Shown here piece after piece: positions 9,385-18,367 of a stretch of DNA of 40,514 nucleotides. Source of the DNA: a virus (taxonomy: Duplodnaviria > Heunggongvirae > Uroviricota > Caudoviricetes). The stretch's first letter is position 1. Every line of letters starts with the position of its first letter. The notes below the pieces were generated by a model. It had not been told where the DNA came from and ran no database searches. It saw only the letters and a program-made list of their open reading frames with translations. The position numbers and the translations under genes were made by a program. The stretch spans positions 1 through 40,514 of IMG/VR virus record IMGVR_UViG_2529292831_000017; one strand, 5' to 3'.

Positions 9385-11114
9385 CAGACCCCCTCCGCAA
9401 TAAACCCAATATTCCATCCACCGTTATCTCCGGTGATGCTCAGAGTAAAGCCAGTTGCAGTAATAGCTGTAATGGCGACACCCTCAACACTCCCACCGTG
9501 TGACGAACGGAAAACGGGGATCACGTACCAGCACTGACGGGCAAATGGTGTCGGAAAATTCACCTGATACTCTTTATTCACCACACCCGTTGCCCCGGAA
9601 AAATAACTGTTAAAAAACTGCTTCAGCACACCGCCAGTTATTCGGTGATAATTGCTGCCAAATGAAAATTCATCTTCACAAACACCCCGACGCCATAGTG
9701 TTGTATTGTCTTTAACCGTATCAGAGCCGCTGAAACGGTGATACATTTCCCCTGCTCCGGTGATGAAAATCTGCGCGCGTCTGTTCTTGTTATACGCAGC
9801 CTGAAAACCTGCACCATTCGATGGTACTTCATCTGCATTACCTGAATATGCAAGAAACTGTGAAACCTCACCCATTTCGTAGTTATTATTGCTACCGATT
9901 CCGTATGCTCCCTGTTGTAGAGCACTTTCAGCCTTATCAACCGTCGGTTTAAGTCCCAGATTCTGAATAAACAAAGTCGGGTCAGGAATATCAGCACCAT
10001 TGCGGTCCTTTGCCAGTCTCGCGCTGGCGTTGTCCATCGCAATTTTTACCGCTTTCAATGTCGCCGCAACATTTTCTGACACGCTGTTTACATCGTTCCC
10101 CAGTTGCACCATTCCTTTAACACTCACTGATGCTTCTGGATAATGTGCACTGGTGAACACCTGATTCCACGGTGTTTCATCATCGGCAATTTTCGATAAC
10201 ATGCTGAATCGACAGTACATCTTGCCATCATTAGCGACATAAATTTGTGCACGTCGATTGTCGTTGTAACAGGCCTGGAAACCAGCACCATGTGTTGGCA
10301 CTTCTGGATAGCCGACAGCTGTACCATAAGCAAAAAATTGCGATTTGGTTCCCATGGTTTTCAGATAAGCCAGGCCAATTCCATAATCTCCTGGCTGAAT
10401 CGCTGATGCAGCTTTATCAACAGTCGTTTTCAATCCCAGATTCTGAACAAACAGTGCCGGATTGGGAATATCAGAACCATTGCGGTCTTTTGCCAGTCTG
10501 GCGCTGGCATTATCCATCGCTATTTTCACTGCTTTTGGCGTTGCAGCGACTGTTTCATCATTGCTTTCCACACCGCTATACAGACGTACAAATCCCTTTT
10601 CTGTCAAAGACGCAGAAGGATGGCGGCGCGATTGCTCATGAATCTCTATTTGTTGATCTACATAATGACGGGTTGCCAGCACGACAGCAGGGTCGATTTT
10701 CAGGGTGATATTGTCCGTGCTGCTGGTAATCAGCACCATGCGCACGGTCTGGGTACGCCCGCTGCCTTCAGCCAGTTGCGGTTTATAGCTTTCCGGGCAG
10801 TTCCCCACGGCAATCAATGCCCCTGACTCATCAAACAGGCCCACTTCACGTATCCACCAACCGCCCTCGTTTTCAGGGATCACCTGTTCAGCAATAATCT
10901 GGCTGCTGTTCTGCGGGTCGATATAGAGCATATTCAGCGCAGCCCGGCGTTTCTCATTTACCAATGCCGTCTGCTTTGCGTCCGGCGTCGGCAATGCTCC
11001 GCCGCCATCGCCCACCGCCATATGGGTAATTTTTAGCGGCACACCGAGCGCGGCGGCGCTGGCAAGTTTCGCCGCGCCAATATCCGTCAGCAGGGTATAA
11101 AATTTTGTGCTCAT
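9384..11114 (-). CDS. H: Tail fibre protein H
   Basis: 576 aa; N-terminal 150 aa match the conserved P2 gpH baseplate-attachment domain (MSTKF...MAVGDGGG...ESYKPQLAEGSGR); C-terminal part divergent and internally repeated. Confidence 0.85.
   Translation of the reverse strand: MSTKFYTLLTDIGAAKLASAAALGVPLKITHMAVGDGGGALPTPDAKQTALVNEKRRAALNMLYIDPQNSSQIIAEQVIPENEGGWWIREVGLFDESGALIAVGNCPESYKPQLAEGSGRTQTVRMVLITSSTDNITLKIDPAVVLATRHYVDQQIEIHEQSRRHPSASLTEKGFVRLYSGVESNDETVAATPKAVKIAMDNASARLAKDRNGSDIPNPALFVQNLGLKTTVDKAASAIQPGDYGIGLAYLKTMGTKSQFFAYGTAVGYPEVPTHGAGFQACYNDNRRAQIYVANDGKMYCRFSMLSKIADDETPWNQVFTSAHYPEASVSVKGMVQLGNDVNSVSENVAATLKAVKIAMDNASARLAKDRNGADIPDPTLFIQNLGLKPTVDKAESALQQGAYGIGSNNNYEMGEVSQFLAYSGNADEVPSNGAGFQAAYNKNRRAQIFITGAGEMYHRFSGSDTVKDNTTLWRRGVCEDEFSFGSNYHRITGGVLKQFFNSYFSGATGVVNKEYQVNFPTPFARQCWYVIPVFRSSHGGSVEGVAITAITATGFTLSITGDNGGWNIGFIAEGV
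9726..10559. repeat. Intragenic tandem duplication in tail fibre gene H (two ~0.35-kb units about 480 bp apart)
   Basis: Protein segments aa ~186-304 and ~346-463 are near-identical in blocks (KAVKIAMDNASARLAKDRNG, LFxQNLGLK, HGAGFQAxYNxNRRAQI); DNA copies at ~10203-10559 and ~9726-10079. Confidence 0.6.
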
Positions 11115-11716
11115 GGATTCACTCTCATTGTGTCAATAACATGGACCGCCCCGCCTTCATGCGCGGTGCCACCGGAAATAATCGTTTCGTTGATATACGG
11201 ATAGATCGTGATTTCTTCGCCAAGATAGCTGGCGGCTCCCACCCAATGCGGGCCGCTGGTCTGCAGATTGATGGACATGCCGATCATGTGGCGGCTACAT
11301 GGTTTGGCATCGCTTATCAGTCGCTCAAGTTCCAGATAGGTATCTTCAGTGATGCCCTGGTCCTGCACGCCGATATCCAGGCGAAACGTGCCCGGTGCCT
11401 CTCCGGTTTGCCACCACTCAATAATGCGGATCAGAAAGCCGAACGGCTCCACCACCCGCCGCACGGCACTGGTGGTCCCTTTATGCTGATGAATATAAAA
11501 AGCATCCTTCACCACCTGGCGCTTGACGCTTTCTGTCCAGCCCTCGTCCCAGCGATCCACAGAGAACGCCCAGGCGAGATAAGGCAGGAAACTGACCGGA
11601 CAGGTTGCCGGATTCCACAAGTCACGAAGCGGCACCTGCAGATCAGAAATCCCGCTGCAGGTTTGCGCCAGTCGGCGCTCCAGTGGTGTTGAACCCGGTG
11701 GCAGCAGACTATTCAT
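11111..11716 (-). CDS. I: Baseplate protein I
   Basis: 201 aa, between J and H in P2 order. Confidence 0.8.
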   Translation of the reverse strand: MNSLLPPGSTPLERRLAQTCSGISDLQVPLRDLWNPATCPVSFLPYLAWAFSVDRWDEGWTESVKRQVVKDAFYIHQHKGTTSAVRRVVEPFGFLIRIIEWWQTGEAPGTFRLDIGVQDQGITEDTYLELERLISDAKPCSRHMIGMSINLQTSGPHWVGAASYLGEEITIYPYINETIISGGTAHEGGAVHVIDTMRVNP

Positions 11717-12617
11717 CCGTTCCTCCGTTGGTTACGCTCCACTGCGTACATGATGCCGCCTGTGTTTTGTTCAGGACCACATCCGCCAGAGGAGAAGCCA
11801 GCTCCACACGCTGCACACCCTCAACATGCAGGGCGGCAAAGATGGCGCTACGGCGAATATCCCGACCAAGACGCGTCTGACTGGCGATGTACTTCTGCAG
11901 GCTGGCTTTTGCCGCTGCCATTACCGGCTCTGCTTCCGGTCCCGGATAGAGAAAAATGGTGGCTTCCACACGGTACGGGATGATTTCTGCGCTGCGAACC
12001 GTCAGACGGTCAGCCACCGGGCGGACGTTCTCACTGTTCAGGGCTTTCTCCACCACGTCCAGTAAGTCTTTTTCTGCAGTTCCGTCGCCTTCGCGACTCA
12101 GGACAGTCAGCACCACCTCTGCAGGTGCCGGACTGGTTGCACTGGCATCCGCCACCCGACCGTCGGCGCTTCGGGCATGAAATTCATAAGCTGCAGTTGG
12201 CCCCGCAACTGAAAGTCCTTCAAAGGCTGCAGGCACACGCAGGCGTAACGCTTCATCACTTTCCATCACAGCCGCAACAGGCGGTACAGCGTCATCATCA
12301 GCAGGTGTCACCGTCAGGCGTTTCACGTTGTAGTTGGCAGCAATTTGGTCAAGGTCTCCGCCAATCGCGTAAGCCACCATCACCGCCTGCGCGGCTTCGT
12401 TAATGCGCTGACGCAGAAGCAATTCACGGTAAGCGTTCTCCTGCAACAATTTAGTGACGGGTTCAGATTCAAGCTCCAGCGTACGCATTACTGCTTCCTG
12501 CTCATCTTTCGGATGAAGCGCCACAAATTCTGCCTTGCGTTCAGCAAGCAGCGTCTCAAAGTCCGGCACATCCACAATCTGCGGCGCAGGCAACTGCGAA
12601 AGGTCAATCACTGCCAT
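11709..12617 (-). CDS. J: Baseplate protein J
   Basis: Likely starts at the ATG overlapping the W stop (MAVIDLSQLPAP...); the tracked ORF extends 13 codons further upstream. Confidence 0.8.
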   Translation of the reverse strand: MAVIDLSQLPAPQIVDVPDFETLLAERKAEFVALHPKDEQEAVMRTLELESEPVTKLLQENAYRELLLRQRINEAAQAVMVAYAIGGDLDQIAANYNVKRLTVTPADDDAVPPVAAVMESDEALRLRVPAAFEGLSVAGPTAAYEFHARSADGRVADASATSPAPAEVVLTVLSREGDGTAEKDLLDVVEKALNSENVRPVADRLTVRSAEIIPYRVEATIFLYPGPEAEPVMAAAKASLQKYIASQTRLGRDIRRSAIFAALHVEGVQRVELASPLADVVLNKTQAASCTQWSVTNGGTDE

Positions 12618-12963
12618 TCTCTGCTCCTGTTGATACGGAAAGGGACACAGGCACACCGTTATTCCGCCGCCCGGTCAGCTCCACCACCATAGAACCGTCA
12701 AAGTTGCTGTTGATGGTGATGGAATCCAGCGTCAGCCGTGGCTCCCAGCGACTCAGCGCCACATACACTGCCGACATGACCTGCAGGCGCAATGCCGGAT
12801 TTTGTGCCTGGTCTATCAGCGCCGACAGCAGGGAACCATATTCCCGACGGGCAATGCGGCTACCCTGTGGCGTCAGCAAAATGTCCCGCACCGACTGGCG
12901 CAGATGGTCCGTGTCTGTAATAGCTTTTCCGTTGCTCTGACTCATGCCGATATACAGCGTCAT
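12604..12963 (-). CDS. W: Baseplate wedge protein W
   Basis: 119 aa, P2 gpW-like size and position. Confidence 0.8.
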   Translation of the reverse strand: MTLYIGMSQSNGKAITDTDHLRQSVRDILLTPQGSRIARREYGSLLSALIDQAQNPALRLQVMSAVYVALSRWEPRLTLDSITINSNFDGSMVVELTGRRNNGVPVSLSVSTGAENGSD

Positions 12964-13538
12964 ACCGGGCCTCCGGTTGTATCGCCGCCTTTCAGGACGC
13001 CAGTATGCTGATGCGCATCAACCACAATCCCGTTAGAACTCATCGCTCCGCCGCCCTGGATAACGCCACCATTGATCACCACTTCGCTGTTAATACGCGT
13101 GCGGTCAGCCTCCAGTACAAACTCACTGGTTTTCATGGTGATGTTGTCAGCGGCCTCAATGACCATTGATTTGATGCCCCTGACATACCAGCGCCCGGTG
13201 GCGGGTTCATATTCAAACCAGCCGCCGTCAGGATGCTCTGTCACGCAGGCATCCGCCGACGTCGACGGTGGCGCGAACTGATTCGAATAGATGGCGGGCA
13301 ACGCAAAGGCGGTTTCCAGATTTCCGCCCAGACTCAGCAGCACCACCTGCTCACCTTCCGATGGTCGCCACCATGTGCGGGCATTCCCGGCACGCAGCGT
13401 CAGCCAGCTGATCCAGTTGGTTTCAAGCTCGCCCGTTTTCACCCGGCAAAGCCAGTTTTCCCTGTCCCCTTCGGTGACTACCCCAGTGCGGATCAGGTTG
13501 GTGATAAGGCGCATGATTTCGGTTAATTGTGCGTTCAT
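12960..13538 (-). CDS. V: Baseplate spike/hub protein V
   Basis: 192 aa, first gene of the V-W-J-I-H-G operon. Confidence 0.8.
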   Translation of the reverse strand: MNAQLTEIMRLITNLIRTGVVTEGDRENWLCRVKTGELETNWISWLTLRAGNARTWWRPSEGEQVVLLSLGGNLETAFALPAIYSNQFAPPSTSADACVTEHPDGGWFEYEPATGRWYVRGIKSMVIEAADNITMKTSEFVLEADRTRINSEVVINGGVIQGGGAMSSNGIVVDAHQHTGVLKGGDTTGGPV

Positions 13539-13584
13539 TTCTAAAGTGTCTCACATTAGAATGTCCTACCATTGCGAAGAAATT

Positions 13585-13602
13585 TGTATGAATGAAGATA
13601 CA
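13585..13602. promoter_or_regulatory. TGT-N12-ACA dyad upstream of V (candidate Ogr site of PV)
   Basis: TGTATGAATGAAGATACA, resembling the FI-upstream dyad; sits in the short spacer between V and the divergent cargo gene. Confidence 0.45.
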
Positions 13603-13615
13603 AAATGGAGATTGA

Positions 13616-14467
13616 ATGTTTACTGTTGGTATTTACGGCTTTACTCTAACAAAGATAACTCACTTTTCATTCGGGACAATGTATCCAATAGAAACCAGTT
13701 TTCTTAAATTAAAAAAATATAGACAAGACAAGGAAAAATTATATCTTACTGCGCTCCTTGAACTTGACATCATAGACAAGAGCGAAACAGATAATATCAT
13801 ATTTCATCTAGAGAAAATTTTGAGTTTTATAGAACAGAGAGCAGTATTTATCAGACACCAACTAAATAATAAGACTCATAAATTTGACTTGCCCATAGAT
13901 TACCCTCTCTTTATAACTCCTAATATTAACTTATCAAGTTCAGGAGAAATCATTCTTGAAGATTGCTTTTCCAAAAACTCAAGACGCTACTTTATTGAAC
14001 TTGCTATAAATAAGATCATCATTGCTAGAGATCGACCATTTACCACAATACTTCATAAAAATGTATTGGTTTTCTCTAATCCAATAAATTATCTTGATGT
14101 ATCATATTACTTACTTTTTTCTGGCCTTGAGTCATTAGTTCGAGAACGTGAGAATGATTTTAAATCAAACATTACGCCAATAATGTATCGTTACCTCAAA
14201 AAGCATGGGTTTAATATAAATCAACAAAACAATAAACATCATGACATCTCACTTGATATTTACTGTAGCTTAAGGAACGCATTATTTCACAATGGTCAAT
14301 TCCAAACCATGCCGATGAAAAGAGGCTCTAAAACAATCAGTTTTGCACTAAAGGATTTTTACTCACAATTTAAACGATTAAACTGCCTAGTCATATTAAA
14401 AGAAGCAGAATTCAGCGATCATCATATCAACTGGAATTTTAGTGATTATAGAAACCCTTTTATATAA
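13616..14467 (+). CDS. AT-rich accessory gene between S and V: hypothetical 283-aa protein with an Rx4H (HEPN-like) motif
   Basis: Opposite strand to the late operons, GC far below backbone, SD GGAG 5 nt upstream; motif SLRNALFHNG near the C-terminus. The same S-V junction holds the low-GC orf30 in P2. Confidence 0.5.
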   Translation: MFTVGIYGFTLTKITHFSFGTMYPIETSFLKLKKYRQDKEKLYLTALLELDIIDKSETDNIIFHLEKILSFIEQRAVFIRHQLNNKTHKFDLPIDYPLFITPNINLSSSGEIILEDCFSKNSRRYFIELAINKIIIARDRPFTTILHKNVLVFSNPINYLDVSYYLLFSGLESLVRERENDFKSNITPIMYRYLKKHGFNINQQNNKHHDISLDIYCSLRNALFHNGQFQTMPMKRGSKTISFALKDFYSQFKRLNCLVILKEAEFSDHHINWNFSDYRNPFI

Positions 14468-14468
14468 C

Positions 14469-14915
14469 TCACCCTGACAACCAATGAAGTAAAATATCAT
14501 GAGTGATGGCCTCTAACTCATCGTTGCTCCCCAACAACTGCCGCTCTGCGTACCGTACCTCCGGTCCTTTGCGGCTGACGCGATCACGTAAGCCGTAGTG
14601 ATGAACACGGGCAATGCGCTGTACCTTGCCTTCAAACTGCACGCTGGCAGAGTCGGCGCTGGCGGCAGTTTTCAGGTATTTTGTGGTGCGCAGCTTTGTA
14701 AACATCTGACGTTTGATGCGCCCCTTTTTGCTGCGTGCTGTTACCCTGCGCGGCTCATAACTGCTGCCATCTGGATTGCGCTGCATCCTGATGTTCTGCT
14801 GCTGTGTCCGGCGCAGTTCCTGCGCCAGCTGGCGCATCATGCGGCTTCTTGCGGCTGGCTCCAGATTCGCCAATAATGCACTCAGCCAGTTGTCCACCTT
14901 CTGCAGTTCAGCCAC
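14469..14915 (-). CDS. S: Tail completion protein S
   Basis: 148 aa, P2 gpS-like; overlaps R. Confidence 0.8.
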   Translation of the reverse strand: MAELQKVDNWLSALLANLEPAARSRMMRQLAQELRRTQQQNIRMQRNPDGSSYEPRRVTARSKKGRIKRQMFTKLRTTKYLKTAASADSASVQFEGKVQRIARVHHYGLRDRVSRKGPEVRYAERQLLGSNDELEAITHDILLHWLSG

Positions 14916-15360
14916 GTTTCACCGTCCACATTTCTTCAGGTTCATCAGGTTCCGCTACCGCTTCAACGTTCGACACACTGCCGTCAGTGCTGACCAGCAC
15001 ACGCTCCGTCAGTTGCAGGTTAAGGCTGATATCACAGACATCGTTGCGCAGAATATCCACCTCAAAGGTGAATAGCTTTTCCCGTAACGCCGGGTTATTG
15101 ATGGCATCGGGCTGGTTATCCCGCAGCCACAGCAAAACCGGGGCCATCAGCAGATTCTGATCGCCGCTGAAATCCTCAATCACCACGTTCAGGGTGTAGC
15201 GGTACTCCCATGACATGGAGTTGGCCCCCGTGGCAACCAGCGAACCGTTATCCACAAACAGATGCAGTTTGTCCGGGTTATTACGGACATAAGGCACTGC
15301 TTTATTGAGGGCGTGGCGCAGGGATTGTGGTTTGTTCACTGTTTCGCTCCTGACATGCAA
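14908..15360 (-). CDS. R: Tail completion protein R
   Basis: 150 aa, P2 gpR-like. Confidence 0.8.
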   Translation of the reverse strand: MHVRSETVNKPQSLRHALNKAVPYVRNNPDKLHLFVDNGSLVATGANSMSWEYRYTLNVVIEDFSGDQNLLMAPVLLWLRDNQPDAINNPALREKLFTFEVDILRNDVCDISLNLQLTERVLVSTDGSVSNVEAVAEPDEPEEMWTVKRG

Positions 15361-15592
15361 TAATCATGTCCACTTTGTCTGCACAGACCGCCCAGGCGGC
15401 CTCCGTTTCATCCAGCAACGCGTTCAGATCACCGTTAGTGCGCGGCGCTGCCTGATCCAGCCGACACGGCGTCACCCGCGGACAACCACTGACGGTAAGC
15501 TGCACCTCCGGTGAATGCCGGACGTTTCCGCAGCCGGATAATGTCAGCAGGCAAAGGAGTATCAGCCCAGCGGCGTAAATCCTCGCTCTCAC
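15302..15592 (-). CDS. lysC: o-spanin (LysC / Rz1-like lipoprotein) embedded in lysB in another frame
   Basis: N-terminal signal peptide with lipobox LTLSGC, proline-rich C-terminus, nested in the lysB region. Confidence 0.55.
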   Translation of the reverse strand: MRARIYAAGLILLCLLTLSGCGNVRHSPEVQLTVSGCPRVTPCRLDQAAPRTNGDLNALLDETEAAWAVCADKVDMIIACQERNSEQTTIPAPRPQ

Positions 15593-15863
15593 GTTTCAGT
15601 TCCTCAATCCGGTGTTGTCGTTGTCTCAGCAGTGCAATGGTCTGTTCTGCTTCGGCATAGAGCCGCGCCTGCTCCCGGTTATTGGTTTCAGTCAGAATGG
15701 ACAGGCTGATAAGCTGGCTGTTGCTCTTTGCCAGCGCCTGGCTTTTGCTCTGCAGTTCGTCTGCCTGCGTGCTGATGGTCTGGCTGGCATCAGCCAGACG
15801 CCACGTCTGCCAGCCCAGCGTCGCCAGTAATAACGCCAGCACAACCAGCAGCAACCGGTTCAT
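15435..15863 (-). CDS. lysB: i-spanin (LysB / Rz-like)
   Basis: N-terminal TM helix followed by coiled-coil (MNRLLLVVLALLLATLGW...). Confidence 0.7.
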   Translation of the reverse strand: MNRLLLVVLALLLATLGWQTWRLADASQTISTQADELQSKSQALAKSNSQLISLSILTETNNREQARLYAEAEQTIALLRQRQHRIEELKRESEDLRRWADTPLPADIIRLRKRPAFTGGAAYRQWLSAGDAVSAGSGSAAH

Positions 15864-16237
15864 GCGGCTACCTGTTGCGCCATCTGGTTACGTGTGATCC
15901 AGAAGGCAATAACGGTCAGTAGATAAAAGACCAGGGTAATGGCCCACCCCGTCCAGGCGAGACTTACGATAATCAGCAATCGCATCACCCAGCTGATAAA
16001 TACGTTTTCTTTTCGGGTAATGCTCTTCAGCAAAGATGCCCTCAACTCCTGCCAGAGCGGGCCGTTCTTAATTAACGCAGCCAGTGCTACCGGAATTACT
16101 GCCCATGTCAGCAGACAGGCTACCCAAACGCCGGATGCTGCCAGTACCGGAAAAATCTCCTGTGGATACATCATTGTTGCGATCAACAGCCCCATCCATA
16201 ACATCAGAAACAGCCCGCTGATTAATTTCTTTTTCAT
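15860..16237 (-). CDS. lysA: Lysis regulatory membrane protein (LysA-like)
   Basis: Multi-TM small protein; likely starts at the MKKKLISG ATG (16235-16237) just after the K stop. Confidence 0.6.
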   Translation of the reverse strand: MKKKLISGLFLMLWMGLLIATMMYPQEIFPVLAASGVWVACLLTWAVIPVALAALIKNGPLWQELRASLLKSITRKENVFISWVMRLLIIVSLAWTGWAITLVFYLLTVIAFWITRNQMAQQVAA

Positions 16238-16238
16238 T

Positions 16239-16751
16239 TCAGTTTGCTCCCTGTAAGCACCAGGCCATCTCCCGCGCACGGCGGTTATCCAGCCCCTGAT
16301 TAAAAACACCTTTCACATAAACCCAGCGCGGCAACTGTCGGCACGCATCCGCCCAGCGCCGCTGGTTGAGTAATTTCACCAGTGTGGAACTGCAGGCATT
16401 GCCCGTTCCCACGTTGAAGGCAAACGACACTGCAGCGTCATACACCTTCTGCGGCGGCTGTTGCTTCACACCCCTTTCCAGCGCCCGCTCCACACGCAGC
16501 ACGTTGGAGATCAGCCCTTCCGCGGCCTGTCGTTCCGTAATGGTTTTGCCGGGAATGACGCCAGATGTATTACCAATGCCGTCGGTCCAGACACCCGCGC
16601 TGCACTGATACGGCCGCAGACGACAGCCTTCGTAATCGGCAATCAGTTTCAGCCCCTCCACGGAGGTGTGAAGCTGCTGAAAACCCGGCAGCGTGGCAGC
16701 AATAGCCAGCACGGCCCCTACAAGGCAGCGTTTAACGATTGATGGATTCAT
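16239..16751 (-). CDS. K: Endolysin (P2 gpK-like lysozyme)
   Basis: 170 aa with N-terminal signal-anchor-like segment; in the X-Y-K lysis cassette. Confidence 0.8.
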   Translation of the reverse strand: MNPSIVKRCLVGAVLAIAATLPGFQQLHTSVEGLKLIADYEGCRLRPYQCSAGVWTDGIGNTSGVIPGKTITERQAAEGLISNVLRVERALERGVKQQPPQKVYDAAVSFAFNVGTGNACSSTLVKLLNQRRWADACRQLPRWVYVKGVFNQGLDNRRAREMAWCLQGAN

Positions 16752-16947
16752 AGTCCTCCCGCGTGATCTGCCCGTCGCGCAGAAGCTGGTAGGCTTTGTG
16801 TTTGTAGTACCAGTTGATAGCCAGCATCAGCACACCAATCATCAGGCCGCCCAGCGTTGAGGCATCCTTGATGGACAAATCGCCCAGCCAGGCCAGCACA
16901 ACGGCGATGCAGTACGTGATAAAGGCGCTGATTCGCTCAAGCGTCAT
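16732..16947 (-). CDS. Y: Holin
   Basis: 71 aa, two hydrophobic helices and a charged C-terminus; between X and K. Confidence 0.7.
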   Translation of the reverse strand: MTLERISAFITYCIAVVLAWLGDLSIKDASTLGGLMIGVLMLAINWYYKHKAYQLLRDGQITREDYESINR

Positions 16948-16950
16948 AAT

Positions 16951-17154
16951 TCAGTCCCATAGCTGGACGGTCTGCACGGTGGTGGTTGTCGGTATGTCCG
17001 GCAGCTCCACCTGCAGCCCGTGAGGTAAAAAGGGGCCGTATTCGGCAAGCCCCGGATTTGCCTTCAGTACCTGCTCCGTGACACCCTGCGTGCGCCCGTA
17101 ATGACGCCAGCAAAGCGCGTCCACCGTGTCATACTGATGCGCACGCACTTTCAT
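16951..17154 (-). CDS. X: Tail protein X
   Basis: 67 aa, matching the P2 gpX length and position. Confidence 0.75.
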   Translation of the reverse strand: MKVRAHQYDTVDALCWRHYGRTQGVTEQVLKANPGLAEYGPFLPHGLQVELPDIPTTTTVQTVQLWD

Positions 17155-17681
17155 CAGATAAGCTCCACTGTGCAGTGCGGCGCGTCCTGTACCCGGCTGA
17201 TGGCCCAGCGGGCGTCACGCCATAAATCACCGCTGGCTTCCGCCAGTTCCTCGCCTCGCTTCACACCAGACGCCGTGGCGTCATAGTCCTGGTATCGTTC
17301 GTTGAGCATGGCGCGGGCCCAGCAGTAAACCGCGTTGAAATAGTGCTGAATGCGCTCACTTTTCCCGTCCAGATGTTCTGCCGGAACCTCTGCCAGCGAG
17401 GCATATCCCAGCATCAGCTGGCGTCTGCGAAACTCATACAGCTCTGCGTTGACCTCCGAAATTGCCGACAGCGCAACCTGCTTTAAACGCGGCTGCGTCA
17501 CCGTGCCGTCAGTGCGCATGACACTGCGAAACTCCGACAAGTCCATATCAGGCCAGAACGGCGTATTCCTGATGATTTCCGCCTGTTCCGGTGCCTGTTC
17601 TGGCGCAACAAACTTCATGCTGCTTTCTCCTGAAATAAAGGGCGGTGGACGGGGCTTTGATGTGGCAGTGCCTTTCGCCAC
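17154..17681 (-). CDS. L: Head completion protein L
   Basis: 175 aa, P2 gpL-like, after M. Confidence 0.8.
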   Translation of the reverse strand: MAKGTATSKPRPPPFISGESSMKFVAPEQAPEQAEIIRNTPFWPDMDLSEFRSVMRTDGTVTQPRLKQVALSAISEVNAELYEFRRRQLMLGYASLAEVPAEHLDGKSERIQHYFNAVYCWARAMLNERYQDYDATASGVKRGEELAEASGDLWRDARWAISRVQDAPHCTVELI

Positions 17682-17713
17682 CCCGTGCCGCCCGTGCGCG
17701 GGGGCACGTTCTG

Positions 17714-18364
17714 TCAGCGGCTGTCATTGCGCAGTCTGCGCTCCAGCTGCTGTTTGTCTTTTTTCACGCCACAGCGGGGATCGAGCTGTAACGCATGGTT
17801 GAGATGATTAAGGGCGGAAGCCGGATTACTTTCACTCAGGACAGCGCCAATCGCTTTATGCAGACGCGCCCGTGACTGGTCCGGCATATCCAGACCGTCT
17901 GTCAGCTCCAGCGTCTGCAGCAACAGATCGGCATCAAAGCCGGTAGTGGCAAGCATTGCGCTCTGTGCCGCGTCTGCCATTTCCTCTGCCAGCACGGTCT
18001 GCACGTTGCGGTTACCCAGCGGCATCACCCAGCCATGACGCAGGGCATGACGCCCGATCTCCAGCGCCCCGGCATAATCTCCGGCATCAATACGCCACAG
18101 CATCACGTACATCAGCACGTCATCCTGTTGAGCGCCTCCGGCAGCCAGAACCCCCTCCGCCCAGGCGGCGTACTTCGGCAGCAGCTCCACTTTGATTTCC
18201 GCTTTTTTGACCGTGGACTGAACGCCCTTGAGACGGCGTCGGTCTTCCGCCAGTTGCAGCAGCATCAGGTCATAGCCCGACGCGTGGCGAACGCTGCCGC
18301 CCTCACGGGCGGCCTGTTCAGCCTGAACGCGCAGGCGATGCTGCCGTGCGGGACTCAGGCTCAT
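17714..18364 (-). CDS. M: Terminase small (endonuclease) subunit M
   Basis: 216 aa; position after capsid gene N. Confidence 0.8.
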   Translation of the reverse strand: MSLSPARQHRLRVQAEQAAREGGSVRHASGYDLMLLQLAEDRRRLKGVQSTVKKAEIKVELLPKYAAWAEGVLAAGGAQQDDVLMYVMLWRIDAGDYAGALEIGRHALRHGWVMPLGNRNVQTVLAEEMADAAQSAMLATTGFDADLLLQTLELTDGLDMPDQSRARLHKAIGAVLSESNPASALNHLNHALQLDPRCGVKKDKQQLERRLRNDSR

Positions 18365-18367
18365 GGA

